From: Kiritimatiellia bacterium
Lineage (GTDB): Bacteria > Verrucomicrobiota > Kiritimatiellia > RFP12 > UBA1067
Assembly (NCBI GenBank): GCA_045599445.1
Contig: JAZRWB010000011.1
Span: 3,090 to 67,089, forward strand
Direction: 5' to 3'
DNA: 64,000 nt
Shown: positions 8,859 through 16,277 of the stretch, one piece after another
How positions within the stretch are numbered: the first letter of the stretch is position 1
Layout: every line of letters starts with the position of its first letter
Program-made: the position numbers and the translations under genes
Notes under the pieces: model-generated
Database searches by the model: none
Seen by the model: the letters and a program-made list of their open reading frames with translations, nothing else
Told to the model about the DNA's origin: nothing

Positions 8859-10379
8859 TTATACGGGTGCTTCTATTGGGACAAACATTCTTCCACTGCT
8901 ACTAGTTTTGATTATCTTAAGCCCATATACTTCAGGGTTTTTATCTACCATCTTGTAGGCGTTATCACCTATTACTCGTGTAAATGCTTTTCGCGCGTAC
9001 TCTCTCGCATCACTTGCCGACCTTGGAACGATTTTCAAGTTTTCGGCGAGTTGCCTGGCGGCGTCTTCGACGGTAATCGTAGTTGACTTCTCGCCACTAC
9101 CTTCGGGCGGCTCGACTTCGCGCCAGAAAATCATGCCTTCGGAGTGGGCGATGTAGCGGTGGGGCTTGGTCGACTTGTCGTCGATTACCGGCCAGCCGAG
9201 ACGATTGCCGCGCTTGGCGGCGATAAGATCGAAGACGCCCTTTTTATCCTTAACTCGCATTATAACGAGCATCGAGCGTATCCAGTTCGTAAGTTCCGCT
9301 CCGCCCGCGCCCAGATATTCCGCATAGCGGTCGCTACCAAAAGTCGAACGATCGTTGTTCGTCGGCGGCTTGTTGGTGTGGTGGACGATGAGCAAGGCGC
9401 ATTTCGTCTTCTCGTCCCTGATTACGGGGTCGAGCCCTTCGCGCAAAAACTCCCTTAACTCCGAGTTGTTCGCGATATCGCATCCGCAAACGCCTTGCAG
9501 CGGATTGATTACGATCAGGTCGAAGTGGTGCTTGAGCTGCCAGCGCCGGAGGAATTCGACGAAGTCCTTTCCGGTTTCCGCCTTGAAGTCGTTGGGGATT
9601 GCGAGATTCTTCTCGGCCGCGGCGAGATCCAAGTCGGTCCAGCCATAAACCTCCTTGTATCCGCGATGCATATTCGCGCGAAACTCCCGCATTTCCTCGA
9701 GGTCGTCCTCGGTTTCGAGAAAACCGATTTTGAGCGGGCGAAGCGGCTTTAGGCCGAACGCCTCCCGCCCGAGCGCCCAAGCGTAGGCGAGCTGAATCGA
9801 GACGACCGACTTACCCGTGCCTGAAGTGGAAACGAGCACGTTCGCCTGGCCCTTGCGCATCCAGCCGTGTCCGAAAAGCGCGTCGGGATTCTCCTCGTCG
9901 GGCGTGGGCGCGCCGAATTCGCCGAAATTGATGATGCCCGTAGCGTCGGTCGCCTTATCCGAGCGTATCGATTTTCCCGCGCGTTCCAACCCCTTCTCTA
10001 TCAGCGCCAAATAATCCTCGGCCCTCGGCGTCGAAGCTTTAAGCGCCTTCGCCTTGTCCACGAAATCGTCAACAATGCGCTTTCGCCCGCTTTCGGCGAG
10101 ATCGGATATGCGTCGATCGATCATTATCGGGTCGGTGGTGGCGTGGCCAAGCGCCTTTTCGACGAACTTGGCGTCGAGCTTCCGCATTACCAAATCGCGG
10201 AGAATTTCGGTATCGTTCGATTCTTCTTTCGACAGCGCCTCGAAAGCGGCGCGAGCGTAGTTATCCTGAAAATGCTCCGCCTTAAGATTGTAGTCGGCGA
10301 CGAATTTGCGAAGCCGCTCGAGATTGGCGCCGTCGCTCAGGAAGTCGCCGATAATGCCGAGCTCGATTTCACTCGTCAT
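8859..10379 (-). CDS. DnaB-N-like + RecA-fold (AAA_25/RepA-like) helicase/ATPase of a mobile replicon
   Basis: 506 aa. The N-terminus resembles the DnaB N-terminal domain (ELGIIGDFLSDGANL...AEHFQDNYARAAFEAL). Walker A VSTSGTGKSVVS; Walker B-like FDLIVINPLQ; LLIVHHTNK. Confidence 0.6.
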   Translation of the reverse strand: MTSEIELGIIGDFLSDGANLERLRKFVADYNLKAEHFQDNYARAAFEALSKEESNDTEILRDLVMRKLDAKFVEKALGHATTDPIMIDRRISDLAESGRKRIVDDFVDKAKALKASTPRAEDYLALIEKGLERAGKSIRSDKATDATGIINFGEFGAPTPDEENPDALFGHGWMRKGQANVLVSTSGTGKSVVSIQLAYAWALGREAFGLKPLRPLKIGFLETEDDLEEMREFRANMHRGYKEVYGWTDLDLAAAEKNLAIPNDFKAETGKDFVEFLRRWQLKHHFDLIVINPLQGVCGCDIANNSELREFLREGLDPVIRDEKTKCALLIVHHTNKPPTNNDRSTFGSDRYAEYLGAGGAELTNWIRSMLVIMRVKDKKGVFDLIAAKRGNRLGWPVIDDKSTKPHRYIAHSEGMIFWREVEPPEGSGEKSTTITVEDAARQLAENLKIVPRSASDAREYARKAFTRVIGDNAYKMVDKNPEVYGLKIIKTSSSGRMFVPIEAPV

Positions 10380-10984
10380 TTCGCACCTCCCTTCATCGCC
10401 GCGTTCATCCGCTTTTGCAAGGAAGCGAGATCGTTTTCAAAGGTCTTTTTAAGTCGCGCCCACTTGACGGTCAAAATCGGCTCGATTTCGCCAAGATACA
10501 AGTCGGCGACTTCGTGCATCAACTCGCGGCGATGCTCGTTCGCCTTTGCGCAATCGTCGGCGAGCGCGGAGAAGCGGCAGGGAATGGCGGCGAAGAGCTT
10601 GTTCCAACTATTGTCCAGCTCCTGGGCGATATCGCAAAACCGCTTTTCGCCATCGGCATCCAGCCGATCCATAAGCGCGCAATGCCTTGCGAGGTGCTCC
10701 GCCGTAAACGGCAAAAGCAGATACTCCACCCCTTTGCCGGTAAGATAATTGCTCTCCACCTCATCGATGAGCGTTTCGCCGCGCATGGTGATTTGGATTC
10801 CCCCGTCGTTATGCAAGATTTCGTCGGCGATTAACCCCACACAACAAGCGGCGACATCCCACCCCTCGATTAAAGAATCGAGCAGCATCGGCACTTTGGC
10901 CATTATCGCAAGAACCTCATCCTTCTTGCGCATCAATCTGCGATGCTTTTTGCCTCTTAAAACTATCTTCTTGCCGCTTTTCAT
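10376..10984 (-). CDS. Hypothetical protein, translationally coupled to the helicase-like gene
   Basis: 202-aa ORF with a 4-nt overlap with the 8859-10379 gene. No motif recognised. Confidence 0.5.
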   Translation of the reverse strand: MKSGKKIVLRGKKHRRLMRKKDEVLAIMAKVPMLLDSLIEGWDVAACCVGLIADEILHNDGGIQITMRGETLIDEVESNYLTGKGVEYLLLPFTAEHLARHCALMDRLDADGEKRFCDIAQELDNSWNKLFAAIPCRFSALADDCAKANEHRRELMHEVADLYLGEIEPILTVKWARLKKTFENDLASLQKRMNAAMKGGAK

Positions 10985-11033
10985 ACCTCTATTATACCAA
11001 ATTAATCCCCACTGAGAGGTAGCGATGTGGTCC

Positions 11034-11092
11034 GTGGGGGTTTGGGGTTTGACTGTTGGGGGTTTGGGGTTTGAGCGTTGGGGGTTTTGAGC
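11034..11092 (+). repeat. G-tract tandem repeat (about 22-nt unit GTKGGGGGTTTGGGGTTTGAS, 2.7 copies), G-quadruplex-capable
   Basis: G5 11036-40, G4 11044-47, G5 11058-62, G4 11066-69, G5 11080-84, with loops of 3/10/3/10 nt. Lies in the intergenic region upstream of the 10984 start. Confidence 0.8.
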
Positions 11093-11093
11093 A

Positions 11094-11171
11094 TCTCTGC
11101 TGGTAGAAAGCGCTAAGCGTTATCCCCTTTTCAAAAAAGGGTATACCACTTTTGACTTTTACCAGCAGAGA
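11094..11171. repeat. Nested inverted repeat / stem-loop element
   Basis: TCTCTGCTGGTA (11094-11105) pairs with TACCAGCAGAGA (11160-11171). Inner hairpin CCCTTTT-caa-AAAAGGG at 11125-11141. Flanking GCGCTAAGCG / CTTAGCGC partial complements. Confidence 0.5.
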
Positions 11172-11205
11172 AACAGCGCCTTAGCGCCACTACTGCGGAG
11201 CGACG

Positions 11206-12180
11206 CTAAGTTCGCGAGGCAAAATATCCACCATTCTTTGGCGCCCCACGAAATTCTATAGCGCCAATACCCTTCAATTCCCTGACATAACGCTCAACCG
11301 TCTGAATACTTTTGCCGATAAGCAAGGCAAGCTCATTAGCCCGCTTTCCCGGATTCTTGCGAATGACGGCAAGGAGGATTTTTACTCCCTCATTTACTCC
11401 CTCATCATTCCCAGAATTTACTCCCTCATCGTCAATCGCAATCGACTGCCCCATCAGCCGAAGAAGTTCCTTCTGCGTCTCACATACCCGATCGCGGATA
11501 AATCGCACGAACGGAGTGATCTGTCGTGAGGCCTTCTCAAGAGTGGTAATATACTCATGTCGGCAGATCGGCGGAATAATTGCAAGCGTCCATCCGGCCC
11601 GCAGTAGCATCAAATTCATCAATAGACGCGCCACTCGTCCATTGCCATCGACAAACGGATGGATATAAACGAACTTCTGATGCACTAACGCGGCGAACTC
11701 AACGGGATGCATCCTACCCTCGTGTGCGCTCATCCACTTTACGAACGCGGACATCAACCCGGGCACCTTTTCCGGGGCCGGCAAGACACGTCGCGAACCG
11801 GATATAAACACCCTAACCTTGCGCCACGCGCCAGCATTGTCCTTGTCAATTTGTCCGTAAAACAGGCGATGAATCTTGAGGATATTTTCCTCGCTCACCG
11901 GCTCGTTTTTCGTCAGCTTGTAAAGAAAGTCATACGCCTTGGCATGGCCCGTCGCCTCGTAAACGTCCTTAAGCGGTTTGCCGCCAATAGTAAGCCCATC
12001 CTCAATGACGACTTTCGTTTCGCTCTCGGTCAAAGAATTACCTTCGATGGCGTTACTTGAATAGGTAAGTCCTACGCGATAATAATCACGCAACGATTTC
12101 AACATTTCCCTTGGAAATGGTCGTAATGCGGCTATCCGCGCCGCATAAGCATCACAAGAGCTAAATTCGCCTTTTTTCAC
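11206..12180 (-). CDS. fic: Fic-family (AMPylase-type) protein with C-terminal winged-helix domain
   Basis: 324 aa. Fic motif HPFVDGNGRVARLLMN. An N-terminal inhibitory-helix-type motif SNAIEGN fits (S/T)xxxE(G/N). C-terminal HTH-like GKRANELALLIGKSIQTVERYVRELK. GTG start. Confidence 0.85.
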   Translation of the reverse strand: MKKGEFSSCDAYAARIAALRPFPREMLKSLRDYYRVGLTYSSNAIEGNSLTESETKVVIEDGLTIGGKPLKDVYEATGHAKAYDFLYKLTKNEPVSEENILKIHRLFYGQIDKDNAGAWRKVRVFISGSRRVLPAPEKVPGLMSAFVKWMSAHEGRMHPVEFAALVHQKFVYIHPFVDGNGRVARLLMNLMLLRAGWTLAIIPPICRHEYITTLEKASRQITPFVRFIRDRVCETQKELLRLMGQSIAIDDEGVNSGNDEGVNEGVKILLAVIRKNPGKRANELALLIGKSIQTVERYVRELKGIGAIEFRGAPKNGGYFASRT

Positions 12181-12208
12181 ACCAGTAACGGACAGTCCTT
12201 TTCATCGC

Positions 12209-12634
12209 TTACCAAGTCGCCTTCGACGAGGACGCCTTACCCCGAGCTTCCGCCGCCGTCTTTCCGATGCCGACCTTGGCTCCGCCAGAGGCTGTAATCG
12301 TCTGCGTCGCGCAAGAGCAACCCTTGGAAACATTCACGTACTTAACCTTTTCGCCGTCCGGCGCTCGCTCGGCACCGGGAATGGCCTTTTGGATCTTCCG
12401 GCCCGCCTTCTGCGCATTGCCGATGCGTTCCGACTTCGCGTCCTTATTGCCGCTTAGCTGTTCAAGCCGCGCCTCCATCGGCGTCATGGCGCCCGCGCCG
12501 ACTCGAAGCCCCTGCGACTTCGTTCCCCTCGCATGCGCCGCGGATGTCGGGTAGCCGCCGCGGAAGCTGCGATGGACTGCCATTGCAGGCGTTGCCATTA
12601 CCAAACCCAAAAATAATATCGTCAGCGTTTTCAT
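12209..12634 (-). CDS. Small secreted hypothetical protein
   Basis: 141 aa. Signal peptide MKTLTILFLGLVMATPAMA. AAGGAG Shine-Dalgarno at 12641-12646 (minus). Low-complexity Gly/Ala/Lys-rich body. Confidence 0.55.
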   Translation of the reverse strand: MKTLTILFLGLVMATPAMAVHRSFRGGYPTSAAHARGTKSQGLRVGAGAMTPMEARLEQLSGNKDAKSERIGNAQKAGRKIQKAIPGAERAPDGEKVKYVNVSKGCSCATQTITASGGAKVGIGKTAAEARGKASSSKATW

Positions 12635-12655
12635 ATCATGCTCCTTACGTAGATA

Positions 12656-12664
12656 AGTATACCA
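12656..12664 (-). promoter_or_regulatory. Extended -10 (TGgTATACT) upstream of the secreted-protein/fic pair
   Basis: The minus strand reads ttttaTGgTATACTtatctacgtAAGGAGcatgatATG. Confidence 0.4.
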
Positions 12665-12691
12665 TAAAAAGTACTCCGCGTTCGCGGGCGC

Positions 12692-13855
12692 CTAACGACT
12701 CAGTAATTCCGCAACTTGCCCAAAATTAACAAATTGCCCCCCACCCCTAAGTGGCCAATTCTCGCCTGCGTAAATAACGTCGCAAGTCTCAACCTCTTTC
12801 GACAACCGCCGCAGCTTTTCCATATTCCGACCAAACGAATCATCAGGCGTCATAGCCCCCTTGATTTCATAAAGATGCAATTTGCGATTTGCCTCCACCA
12901 CCAAATCGACCTCAACGCCGCCATTATCCCTAAAATAAAAGAAATCCGCCGTCTTCCGGTAATTGAACTTGGCCTTAAATAACTCCATAATCACCATGTT
13001 TTCAAAAAGCCCGCCCAAAAGCGGATCCCGCGATACTTGCGTTTCATTGGTGATCCCAAGAAGATACGAAGCAAGCCCGACATCCGTAAAATATACTTTT
13101 GGCGACTTTACCAAACGCTTGCCGAAGTTGCGATAATAAGGTTGAAGATGAAAAACCACATAACTCGCCTCCAACACCGACATCCATCGCTTTAGCGTCT
13201 TGGCATCCACCCCAATATCGTTCGCCAGGGATTGAAAATTGACAACTTGCCCGACACGCCCCGCCAAAAGGCGAACAAAAGTTTCAAAAGCCGTTTGATT
13301 CTCAACTTGCACGAGTTGCCGGACATCTCGCTCGACATAGGTACGATAATATTCCTCGTTGGCGGTCGTTGCATCAAGTCCATCCGCATAAATCCGCGGA
13401 AGAAAACCTCGATAAATGAGTTCGTCTCGACCGAGGTCGATCTTCGCTCGATGCAATTCGGAAATGGAAAATGGCAACAAAGTAATGAGCGCAGTGCGCC
13501 CGGCAAGCGATTGCGAAACCTTTTCCTTGAGCAATGGTTGGTGCGAGCCGGTGAGTACGTACTCGCCCTTGCGCCCAGATTCATCGACTTTCACCTGTAT
13601 CCAGCTCAACAATTCCGGCACTCGCTGAACTTCGTCGATTATCAACGGCGCTCCATAGTGTCTAAAAAAAGCCTCTGGATCGTTCTGCGCCAATCGGCGA
13701 TCCTTCGGATTTTCAAGATTCACATACGCATATTTCGGGAAAACACTACGCACCAAAGTAGTTTTTCCGCTTTGACGCGGCCCGAACACCGTAACTACGG
13801 GATGCGTTTTCACCGCCTTGATTAAAACTTTCGTAATATCGCGCTTAATCATCAT
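12692..13855 (-). CDS. AAA-family ATPase (AAA_14 + DUF4143 type)
   Basis: 387 aa. Walker A GPRQSGKTTL and Walker B-like LIIDEVQ. Length and C-terminal region are typical of the DUF4143-containing ATPases often found in accessory DNA. Confidence 0.75.
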   Translation of the reverse strand: MMIKRDITKVLIKAVKTHPVVTVFGPRQSGKTTLVRSVFPKYAYVNLENPKDRRLAQNDPEAFFRHYGAPLIIDEVQRVPELLSWIQVKVDESGRKGEYVLTGSHQPLLKEKVSQSLAGRTALITLLPFSISELHRAKIDLGRDELIYRGFLPRIYADGLDATTANEEYYRTYVERDVRQLVQVENQTAFETFVRLLAGRVGQVVNFQSLANDIGVDAKTLKRWMSVLEASYVVFHLQPYYRNFGKRLVKSPKVYFTDVGLASYLLGITNETQVSRDPLLGGLFENMVIMELFKAKFNYRKTADFFYFRDNGGVEVDLVVEANRKLHLYEIKGAMTPDDSFGRNMEKLRRLSKEVETCDVIYAGENWPLRGGGQFVNFGQVAELLSR

Positions 13856-13861
13856 GCGCGT

Positions 13862-13906
13862 AGTATAACATTTTACAAAATCGGCATCAAGTGCCTATTT
13901 TGTAAA
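13862..13906 (-). promoter_or_regulatory. Extended -10 (TGtTATACT) 6 nt from the ATG, plus an adjacent 10-bp inverted repeat
   Basis: The minus strand reads aTGtTATACT-acgcgc-ATGATG. TTTACAAAAT (13872-13881) and ATTTTGTAAA (13897-13906) form an inverted repeat where a -35/operator would sit. This inverted repeat alone is not statistically remarkable. Confidence 0.35.
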
Positions 13907-13921
13907 CGTTAAGTTTTAGCG

Positions 13922-14121
13922 TCGCTTCGGGATGAAGAGTAGTTTGGGAGACATTTCGCAGCGACGGTATAAAAGACGGAATGACCCGATTTCGACGCGT
14001 CGCCCGATTGCGAAGCAAGCGGTAAAAGACCGCGAAATCGATGTCATACCCGGCTTTTATATCGGAAGTTTGAAAAACTTAGCGAGGACAGTCGCCCAAA
14101 CTACTCTTCATCCCGAAGCGA
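13922..14121. repeat. 200-bp imperfect palindrome with perfect 27-bp terminal inverted repeats
   Basis: TCGCTTCGGGATGAAGAGTAGTTTGGG at 13922-13948, with its exact reverse complement at 14095-14121. The 146-bp interior is itself imperfectly self-complementary (TATAAAAG..ATGAC..GATTTCG blocks on both arms). The right arm encodes the last codons of the tatD-like gene. Confidence 0.85.
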
Positions 14122-14723
14122 TCGATATTGGCGGTAACGATTTTATCGAGCTCGGCGAGAGAGATGCCGCGGACGAAGGCGAGAAACTCGGCTACTTCGT
14201 GGATCGAAGGCGAGGTAGCGGTGCGATCGGTTTCGACAAGAAGCATATCAGACGGTATCTTCTTCGCGAGCTCTCGATAGTTCACAGCATGGTCGTTCAA
14301 GATCGCCGGCCCGACGGAGATAAAGCCGTTTAACTTCGCTATCTCCGGTATAAGCCCATCCGAGCGCGAAAACCCGTGAAAGAGCATCGCTGGTATCCTT
14401 CCTGCATAAGGCCGGACCGCGCGCACCACTTCGCCCCAACACTTCGCACCATGCAAAATCACCGGTCGCCCGAACTCGGCGGCAAGCGCAAGCTGCGAAA
14501 GAAATACTTCGCGCATCTTTTCGGAGATATCGCGCGAGCGGAGGCGATCAAGTCCAATTTCGCCGACGAGCAGCTGCGGGTTCTTTTGAAGCGCCTCGCG
14601 CAAGAACTCGACGCCTTCGCACGTTTCCGCATCCCACGGATGAACGCCCATCGCATCGCGCCCAATCAGTATTTCCCTTAAGCCCGCCTCGCCAGCGGAA
14701 ACGTGGCAATGCGCGTCGATCAT
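14079..14723 (-). CDS. TatD-family metal-dependent hydrolase (short paralogue)
   Basis: 214 aa. N-terminal MIDAHCHV HxH motif; GEIGLD; FHGFS. The C-terminal ...DRFGMKSSLGDCPR is encoded inside the inverted repeat. Confidence 0.7.
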   Translation of the reverse strand: MIDAHCHVSAGEAGLREILIGRDAMGVHPWDAETCEGVEFLREALQKNPQLLVGEIGLDRLRSRDISEKMREVFLSQLALAAEFGRPVILHGAKCWGEVVRAVRPYAGRIPAMLFHGFSRSDGLIPEIAKLNGFISVGPAILNDHAVNYRELAKKIPSDMLLVETDRTATSPSIHEVAEFLAFVRGISLAELDKIVTANIDRFGMKSSLGDCPR

Positions 14724-15406
14724 TTCCCGAAGCGCAGCTTAAGCGCGATCTTCACCGACTCTACCGCAATCCCCGGCGTGATCTTCGAGTATCCGGCGAC
14801 GCGATCCGTAAAGACAATCGGCTTTTCCTCGATCTGCAAACCCGCCTTCCACGCGCGATGGTTCATTTCGAGCTGGAAGGAATATCCCGCGCTGGCAACG
14901 GTCTCAAAGTCGATCTTCTCGAGCGCGGCGCGAGTCCACGCCTTAAAGCCGCCCGTAGGATCTTTTATTTTCATCCCGGTTACAAGGCGAATGAAGACAC
15001 CGCCCGCGCGAGAAATAAGCCGACGCTTAAAGGGCCAGCCCGGAGTCGCGCCGCCCGGGACGTAGCGCGAGCCGATGACGAGATCGGCGGACGAGTTTAA
15101 AAGCCGCGCGACATCCTTCGGGTCGTGCGAAAAGTCGCAGTCCATCTGGACGATTTTATCGGCGCCGAGTTCGAGTGCCTTTTGGAAGCCCGCGACATAC
15201 GCGCGGCCGAGCCCCGCCTTCTTCTCGCGATGAAGAACGTGAACGCGACTATTCGCCTTCGTAAGTTCGTCGATTACCTTCCCCGTTCCATCCGGCGAAT
15301 TGTCGTCGACGAAAAGAACTTCCACGCCTTCCGTCCTAAGGACGGCTTCGGCCATCGGCCGCACGTTGTCCTTCTCGTCGTACGTCGGAATTACGACGAC
15401 GTTCAC
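14720..15406 (-). CDS. GT2 polyprenol/dolichol-phosphate mannosyltransferase-like glycosyltransferase
   Basis: VVIPTYDEKDN, FVDDNSPDGT, QMDCDFSHDP motifs. The ORF-track start at 15520 lies inside ispF. GTG at 15406 (GGAGG upstream, GTGA overlap with the ispF stop) is the likely start. Confidence 0.8.
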   Translation of the reverse strand: MNVVVIPTYDEKDNVRPMAEAVLRTEGVEVLFVDDNSPDGTGKVIDELTKANSRVHVLHREKKAGLGRAYVAGFQKALELGADKIVQMDCDFSHDPKDVARLLNSSADLVIGSRYVPGGATPGWPFKRRLISRAGGVFIRLVTGMKIKDPTGGFKAWTRAALEKIDFETVASAGYSFQLEMNHRAWKAGLQIEEKPIVFTDRVAGYSKITPGIAVESVKIALKLRFGK

Positions 15407-15876
15407 GCTTCCTCCAAAAGACACGCGGCCTGGGCGACGATGCCGAGCGCGGCGCCGACGTCGTCCATCTTCTCGTTCGTCTTGCCCTTTACGGAAATTC
15501 GCGCCTCGCCGACGCCGCAAACTTCGGCGAGCCGTTTACGAATCGCGTCCACCTTGTCGCGAAGACGCGGACGCTCGCAAATAACCGTCGCGTCGATATT
15601 GGCAATCTTGTATCCCGCTTCGCGCACTTCCTTCACGACCGAGGCGAGTAGCTTCATCGAGTCCGCACCTTTCCACTTCTCGTCAGTATCGGGGAAGTGC
15701 GAGCCGATGTCGCCGAGCGCGGCGGCGCCGAGCAAGGCGTCGATGATCGCGTGGGCGAGCACGTCGGCGTCGGAGTGGCCCTTAAGTCCAATCTCGCCGG
15801 GGAACTCCACGCCGCCCAAGACGAGCTTGCGCCCTTCTTCGAAGCGATGCGAGTCGTAGCCGAGGCCGATTCTCAT
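15403..15876 (-). CDS. ispF: 2-C-methyl-D-erythritol 2,4-cyclodiphosphate synthase
   Basis: 157 aa. MRIGLGYDSHRF...GHSDADVLAHAIIDALLGA. Confidence 0.9.
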   Translation of the reverse strand: MRIGLGYDSHRFEEGRKLVLGGVEFPGEIGLKGHSDADVLAHAIIDALLGAAALGDIGSHFPDTDEKWKGADSMKLLASVVKEVREAGYKIANIDATVICERPRLRDKVDAIRKRLAEVCGVGEARISVKGKTNEKMDDVGAALGIVAQAACLLEEA

Positions 15877-16277
15877 TTAAGACGAATCCTCTCGGCGAGC
15901 GCCTTCAGTTCGTCCATATTGCCCGCGTGGCTCTCGAAGGCGATCGGCTCCGAACCGTAGCGCGGCACGATGTGGAAGTGGAGATGCCGGACGGTCTGGC
16001 CGGCGGCCTCGCCGTTATTTTGGAGAATGTTGAATCCGTCGCAAGGAAGCGCGGCTTTGAGATGAGCGGCGACTTTCTTTACGCGCGCAATTACCTCGGC
16101 GAGAGTATGCTCGTCGGTATCGAGGAGCCCTTCGCTGTGGGCTTTCGGAATTACGAGCGCGTGGCCGCGCGTAAAGGGATTGATGTCGAGATAGGCGAGA
16201 ACGAGATCGTCTTCGTAAAGCTTGAAGCTCGGAATCTCTCCCGCCGCAATCGCGCAAAAGATGCAGTTATTTTTCAT
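15873..16277 (-). CDS. HIT-family (HinT-like) nucleotide hydrolase
   Basis: 134 aa. Histidine triad HLHFHIVPR. Confidence 0.85.
   Translation of the reverse strand: MKNNCIFCAIAAGEIPSFKLYEDDLVLAYLDINPFTRGHALVIPKAHSEGLLDTDEHTLAEVIARVKKVAAHLKAALPCDGFNILQNNGEAAGQTVRHLHFHIVPRYGSEPIAFESHAGNMDELKALAERIRLK

Noticed and set aside
12649-12661. 13-mer GTAGATAAGTATA shared with 25961-25973 (upstream of dnaA) as a dispersed regulatory element
   Set aside because: By a rough estimate, tens of exact 13-mer coincidences are expected by chance in a 64-kb window. Both copies just contain a TATACT -10-like hexamer in AT-rich promoter DNA.
12672-12691. Terminator hairpin CCGCG-aa-CGCGG followed by TTTTT after the AAA ATPase gene (minus strand)
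   Set aside because: The stem is effectively only 4 bp with a 4-nt loop, which is too weak to call.
13932-14333. 133-aa plus-strand ORF starting MKSSLGD inside the palindrome
   Set aside because: Its start is merely the inverted duplicate of the tatD-like gene end, and the rest is antisense to that gene. It has no ribosome-binding site and no motifs.
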